In this document: positions 37,454 through 40,629 of the stretch, one piece after another
How positions within the stretch are numbered: the stretch's first letter is position 1
How the letters are laid out: every line of letters starts with the position of its first letter
IMG/VR virus record: IMGVR_UViG_3300033067_001915
Coordinates: 1 to 40,629 of that record
From: a virus
Taxonomy: Duplodnaviria; Caudoviricetes
Length of the DNA: 40,629 nt
Reading direction: 5' to 3' (one strand)
The notes under the pieces: model-generated
Told to the model about the DNA's origin: nothing
Databases searched by the model: none
The model's input: the letters and a program-made list of their open reading frames with translations, nothing else
Position numbers and translations under genes: made by a program

Positions 37454-38467
37454 TTAGATCGTCTTGCGCGCCCACGACTGGCGGAACGTCAGCGTGAGCG
37501 TCTGCGTGTCGAGTTTGGGGATGGCAGGACTGATGCCATACTGGAACTGACCATTGTTCGAGAACCCCCGGCCATAGCTGGCGAGGATGGCGGAAATCCC
37601 GCCAGAGAGGACGGCCGCCGAGGTGCCAGCGGAAACCGACGAGTCGCGGAAGTAGCTGCCCGGCGTGTAGGCGGAAAGCGTCGGGGTTGACCCGAACGAC
37701 CCCAAGGTTCCGCCGGGCTGCGTAGTGATCGCCCCAATCGAGCCGTTGTAGGCCACGACGGCGTTGGGGGAAGCCTGTAGGCCGAAATGCGTACCCCCTG
37801 CCGGGCTCCCATTGCCTGTCATCGTCCAAAAAGATGCGGAAGTGACGTTCGCCGCTCGCGTCGTGAAGGTATAGTTCGTGCCACTGATGTTGACGACATT
37901 CGTCGCGTCGTCGGTCGGCGGGTAAAGGCGATGCTCGTAAGTGACGTCGAGCACTTCATCCGAAAGCACGGTGACGGTGGTCGGATTGCCCAGCGTGTCA
38001 AGAACAAGCGCGCGGGAGTAGAGCGTCGCGCCGGTCGTTCCCCAGCCGACTCCGACCTCGGAGAGATTGCCAGCCGCGGTTCCGGTGGCGAAGCGATAGA
38101 AGTTGCGGAGCCAGCCGTAATACGGCGCCGTTGGCTGTGCGCCCTGCGCCGGGGACGCCGCGGCGGTGCTGGTGCCAGCGATGCGCGAGACGAGCCCGGT
38201 GTCGTTGACGTTCGGCGCGGTCGTTCCGCTGCCGACTTGGCAGGACGGGAAAATGTTGTTGGAGAAATCACCACCGAGGCGATCGAGGCCCTGATTCGTA
38301 ATGAGGTTCGGGAACCAGTCGGCGACGACGCGGCGCGACTTCTCGATCACGCGACCGTCGGCGTCGACTTTGAGAGCTTCCATCTTGTACCAGCCCTGCA
38401 CGCCCCGCGTCGACGTAACGGGATCATTCGGCACGATGATGTTCTTGTTCGGAACGTGGATGATCAT
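37454..38467 (-). CDS. tail fibre-like structural protein (337 aa)
   Basis: WFPNLITNQGLD, CQVGSGTTAP..D..L, GNLSEVGVG, LYSRAL, EVLDVTYE; ATGA coupling. Confidence 0.72.
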   Translation of the reverse strand: MIIHVPNKNIIVPNDPVTSTRGVQGWYKMEALKVDADGRVIEKSRRVVADWFPNLITNQGLDRLGGDFSNNIFPSCQVGSGTTAPNVNDTGLVSRIAGTSTAAASPAQGAQPTAPYYGWLRNFYRFATGTAAGNLSEVGVGWGTTGATLYSRALVLDTLGNPTTVTVLSDEVLDVTYEHRLYPPTDDATNVVNISGTNYTFTTRAANVTSASFWTMTGNGSPAGGTHFGLQASPNAVVAYNGSIGAITTQPGGTLGSFGSTPTLSAYTPGSYFRDSSVSAGTSAAVLSGGISAILASYGRGFSNNGQFQYGISPAIPKLDTQTLTLTFRQSWARKTI

Positions 38468-39081
38468 GTGAGGGTTCCTGCGGTGATCTGTGTGGTGGTA
38501 TCGAGGCCCTCAGCGGCCATCGAGTTCTGAATCAGGATAGTGCGAATCTCGCCAGACACGATCGACGTAGTGGTGTCGAGCGCCTCCGGCAGGTAGTTGA
38601 TGAAGGTATTGGACAGTCGGCCGCTGGCGACCGCAGCTGTCATGTCCAGACCCTCGACCGGGTAGCCAACAAACAGCTCCTTCAGCTGGCCTGCTGTGAT
38701 GGTCGCCGTTACATCGAGACCCTCTGGCGGGATGACGTACGGCTCGAACACACGGCCCGCAGTGATCCCGGCCGACGTAACACTCAGCTCCTCAACGACC
38801 TCCAGCGCGTACGGCGGCGACGTGAACTCAAGACGATCCTCGAGCTTCGGTGAGATCGTCCAGTTTCCTGTCGCAGGCCCCGTCGTAACCGCCGTGGAAA
38901 ACACCAGCAGGGGTGGTAGCTCACCCGAGTCCAGTGTGATGTTGTACGGCGGGCGCCCACCAGTGATCTGGTATGTGTAGCTGTAGTCGTCCCCCCAGAA
39001 CCCATCCGGCGCGTCACCCGACAGCACGAGGTCATCGCGCTGAGAGGCCAGCAGTGGTGGGTAGCGGAGGAAGTGGCTCAC
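38464..39081 (-). CDS. structural protein with partial Ig-like N-terminus and five short repeats
   Basis: TGGRPPY...SGELP Ig-like motif; repeats E[GA]LDxTxxIxxGxL; GTGA coupling. Confidence 0.65.
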   Translation of the reverse strand: MSHFLRYPPLLASQRDDLVLSGDAPDGFWGDDYSYTYQITGGRPPYNITLDSGELPPLLVFSTAVTTGPATGNWTISPKLEDRLEFTSPPYALEVVEELSVTSAGITAGRVFEPYVIPPEGLDVTATITAGQLKELFVGYPVEGLDMTAAVASGRLSNTFINYLPEALDTTTSIVSGEIRTILIQNSMAAEGLDTTTQITAGTLT

Positions 39082-39437
39082 TTGCGCTTATGCCCGCAGG
39101 ACTTGCCCTTGCCTTTGACATAGCCGCCTTCGGCCAGACCCTGCTTCTCCATGTCGCGCATTCGCTCACGGTTGTTGCGGATGGCCTCAGCGCCTTCCTT
39201 CAGCAGGTCGCGGCGGGCAGGCTGCGCGGGCGTGGCGGGCGGAGCCGGCGTGCGGGCCGGGCGAGGGGCAGTTGCAGCGAGCCGGTCGGCCTTGGCCTTC
39301 GCCAGAGCGCGGTCGCCGACAGCGACGCGGGCGCGACCGTCCGAGACGGGCTGGCCGTTGAGGAACGCCGAGTCGCGTGCGAGCGCGGCGTCGCGGCCCA
39401 CACGGACGGTATTCTTGGGACGAGTGCCCTTGGGCAT
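39078..39437 (-). CDS. small basic protein with C-terminal LAEGG motif
   Basis: GGAG RBS; Arg/Lys/Ala-rich; ends LAEGGYVKGKGKSCGHKRK. Confidence 0.72.
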   Translation of the reverse strand: MPKGTRPKNTVRVGRDAALARDSAFLNGQPVSDGRARVAVGDRALAKAKADRLAATAPRPARTPAPPATPAQPARRDLLKEGAEAIRNNRERMRDMEKQGLAEGGYVKGKGKSCGHKRK

Positions 39438-39464
39438 GACGGTTCTCCGGTTGGAGCCGCCAGC

Positions 39465-39926
39465 CTACTCTGGGGTGTGCCCCGGCTCAAGCGCCCACTG
39501 CGTAACCCCGGGCCACGGCACCGAGATGGCCGGCCGCAGGGACAGCAAGCCGACGTCCTCACCCTCGTCGCACGGCTCGATACCGGCCAGCAGGGGTAGC
39601 GCGGCGTCGCGTCGGACGATGGCCCCGCGGAGGGGTGTGATATGCACGTTGTCGCCGCAACGGGTCCACGCGTGCACCAGTCGGGCGTCATGGGTGATGG
39701 CCTCCCGCAGGACGCGGTACAGCCCCGGCTGGATGCGATCAGTGGGGTGGAGCCAGCTGACCCACGGCTCGCGGGCCCGGGCGATGGCTTTGGCCCGGAT
39801 AAGCCCCTGCCGGCCCGGGAGGGCCTTGTACACCCGGATGCGTACGGGCTCCGCCCGGAGCAAGCGCATGACGCCCTCCAGCGGCGGGTCCGAATCCGGG
39901 TTGTGGATAACGTGGACCTCGATCAC
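39465..39926 (-). CDS. short GT2 (GT-A fold) glycosyltransferase-like protein with degenerate DxD
   Basis: GTGA coupling at 39923-39926 (IEVHVIH); G.IRAKAIARAREPWVSWLHPTDRIQPG parallels the GT2 ARNxG...YVxFLDxDD..P segment. Confidence 0.5.
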   Translation of the reverse strand: MIEVHVIHNPDSDPPLEGVMRLLRAEPVRIRVYKALPGRQGLIRAKAIARAREPWVSWLHPTDRIQPGLYRVLREAITHDARLVHAWTRCGDNVHITPLRGAIVRRDAALPLLAGIEPCDEGEDVGLLSLRPAISVPWPGVTQWALEPGHTPE

Positions 39927-40234
39927 TGGTCGACGAGCTTGTAGGCGCCGAGCTCCGCTCCGCGGCGGAGGGCCTGCTGGCACGCGCGATGGTGGACGGC
40001 ACTGCAGCGGTCCAGCTGGGCCTTCAGCGGCACCGTGACTTGCGCCGGGTACGTGTCCCACACGCTCGGGTCATCCGGGTCCGCGGGGGTCCACTGCGGC
40101 ACCTCGAGGTCGCATGCCTGCCAGCAGAGCGGGTCGACGTCCAGCGTCGGGGGCGGTAGCTCCGGCTTCGGTCGGCCGCACGAAGTGAACCCGACCAGCG
40201 GGAGGCAGGCAATCAGAATCAGGAGTCGAGTCAT
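39923..40234 (-). CDS. o-spanin-like lipoprotein (Rz1-like)
   Basis: Signal peptide MTRLLILIACLPLVG with lipobox-like FTSC, Pro-rich segment, extra Cys, C-terminal helix. Confidence 0.65.
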   Translation of the reverse strand: MTRLLILIACLPLVGFTSCGRPKPELPPPTLDVDPLCWQACDLEVPQWTPADPDDPSVWDTYPAQVTVPLKAQLDRCSAVHHRACQQALRRGAELGAYKLVDQ

Positions 40235-40560
40235 CACAGGCGTCCTTGGAACTTGTCCCATCGCATCTGGATCGCAAACTGCAGGAGGCCGATGTCCTCA
40301 CTGCACACGGAGTGGCCGTCTGCGAGTTCCACCAGTGTGATCTCACCGGAGCGTCGGTCTTGCAGCACCATGACGCCGCGGTCAACCACAGTGTCGCCGG
40401 CCTCGATCTGGTCGGCCACGCGCCGCAGGTTCTCGACGACGGCCTGCGCAGGCGTCTGTGGGGTGACGAGGGCGAGGCTCACCACTTCTCCTTGTCGGCC
40501 CAGTACGCCGCCGACATCTTCCCCTTCTTGATGTTCGCCGCGTGCCGTGCCTTTCGGCAT
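40234..40560 (-). CDS. hypothetical protein (108 aa)
   Basis: GAGGAG RBS before ATG 40560; TGATG coupling to the spanin-like gene. Confidence 0.68.
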   Translation of the reverse strand: MPKGTARGEHQEGEDVGGVLGRQGEVVSLALVTPQTPAQAVVENLRRVADQIEAGDTVVDRGVMVLQDRRSGEITLVELADGHSVCSEDIGLLQFAIQMRWDKFQGRL

Positions 40561-40629
40561 GTCACTCTCCTCGTTGGGGGTCAGGGGTCGCCCCGACCGA
40601 TGGCGTTCCAAGCCTCCACCCTACCAGCG

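Noticed and set aside
37452-37829. N-terminal extension of the 319-aa ORF, and similar extensions at 4357, 14473, 22111, 22598, 34699 and 40061
   Set aside because: Overlap neighbouring genes or a hairpin; downstream starts with RBS or translational coupling fit better
1-40629. Prophage/lysogeny or host genes
   Set aside because: No integrase, repressor, att-like site or housekeeping gene recognised; lifestyle cannot be determined from this window

Overview
A ~40.6 kb, very gene-dense, GC-rich segment of a tailed dsDNA phage with podovirus-type architecture; both ends appear to cut through genes. Plus strand, 1-7362: small overlapping hypothetical genes, an SNF2-type helicase, a Cys4/Pro-rich putative ssDNA-binding protein and an AEP-primase/DUF927-helicase fusion. 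These converge on a triple-hairpin terminator region. Minus strand, 7461-34871: virion module, read right to left as portal, scaffold, major capsid, adaptors, fibre-like genes, nozzle, GNAT-like gene and four ejection/internal proteins (one with a lysozyme-like domain, one a 1489-aa polyvalent protein with an HExxH motif). A five-gene repeat-containing structural cassette sits between the last two ejection genes. The terminase pair (34933-36869) is inverted, head-to-head with the portal and abutting a third fibre-like module, which is followed on the right by a GT2-like gene and an o-spanin-like lipoprotein. No integrase, DNA polymerase, tRNA, CRISPR array or reverse transcriptase is visible. 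Best candidates for something undescribed: (1) a shared [FYML]-A-[ED]-G-G peptide tag present five times in three unlinked proteins; (2) three beta-clamp-motif-like peptides in an ejection protein; (3) the antisense-embedded terminase operon. All functional calls come from motif recognition and gene order by eye, not from database searches.
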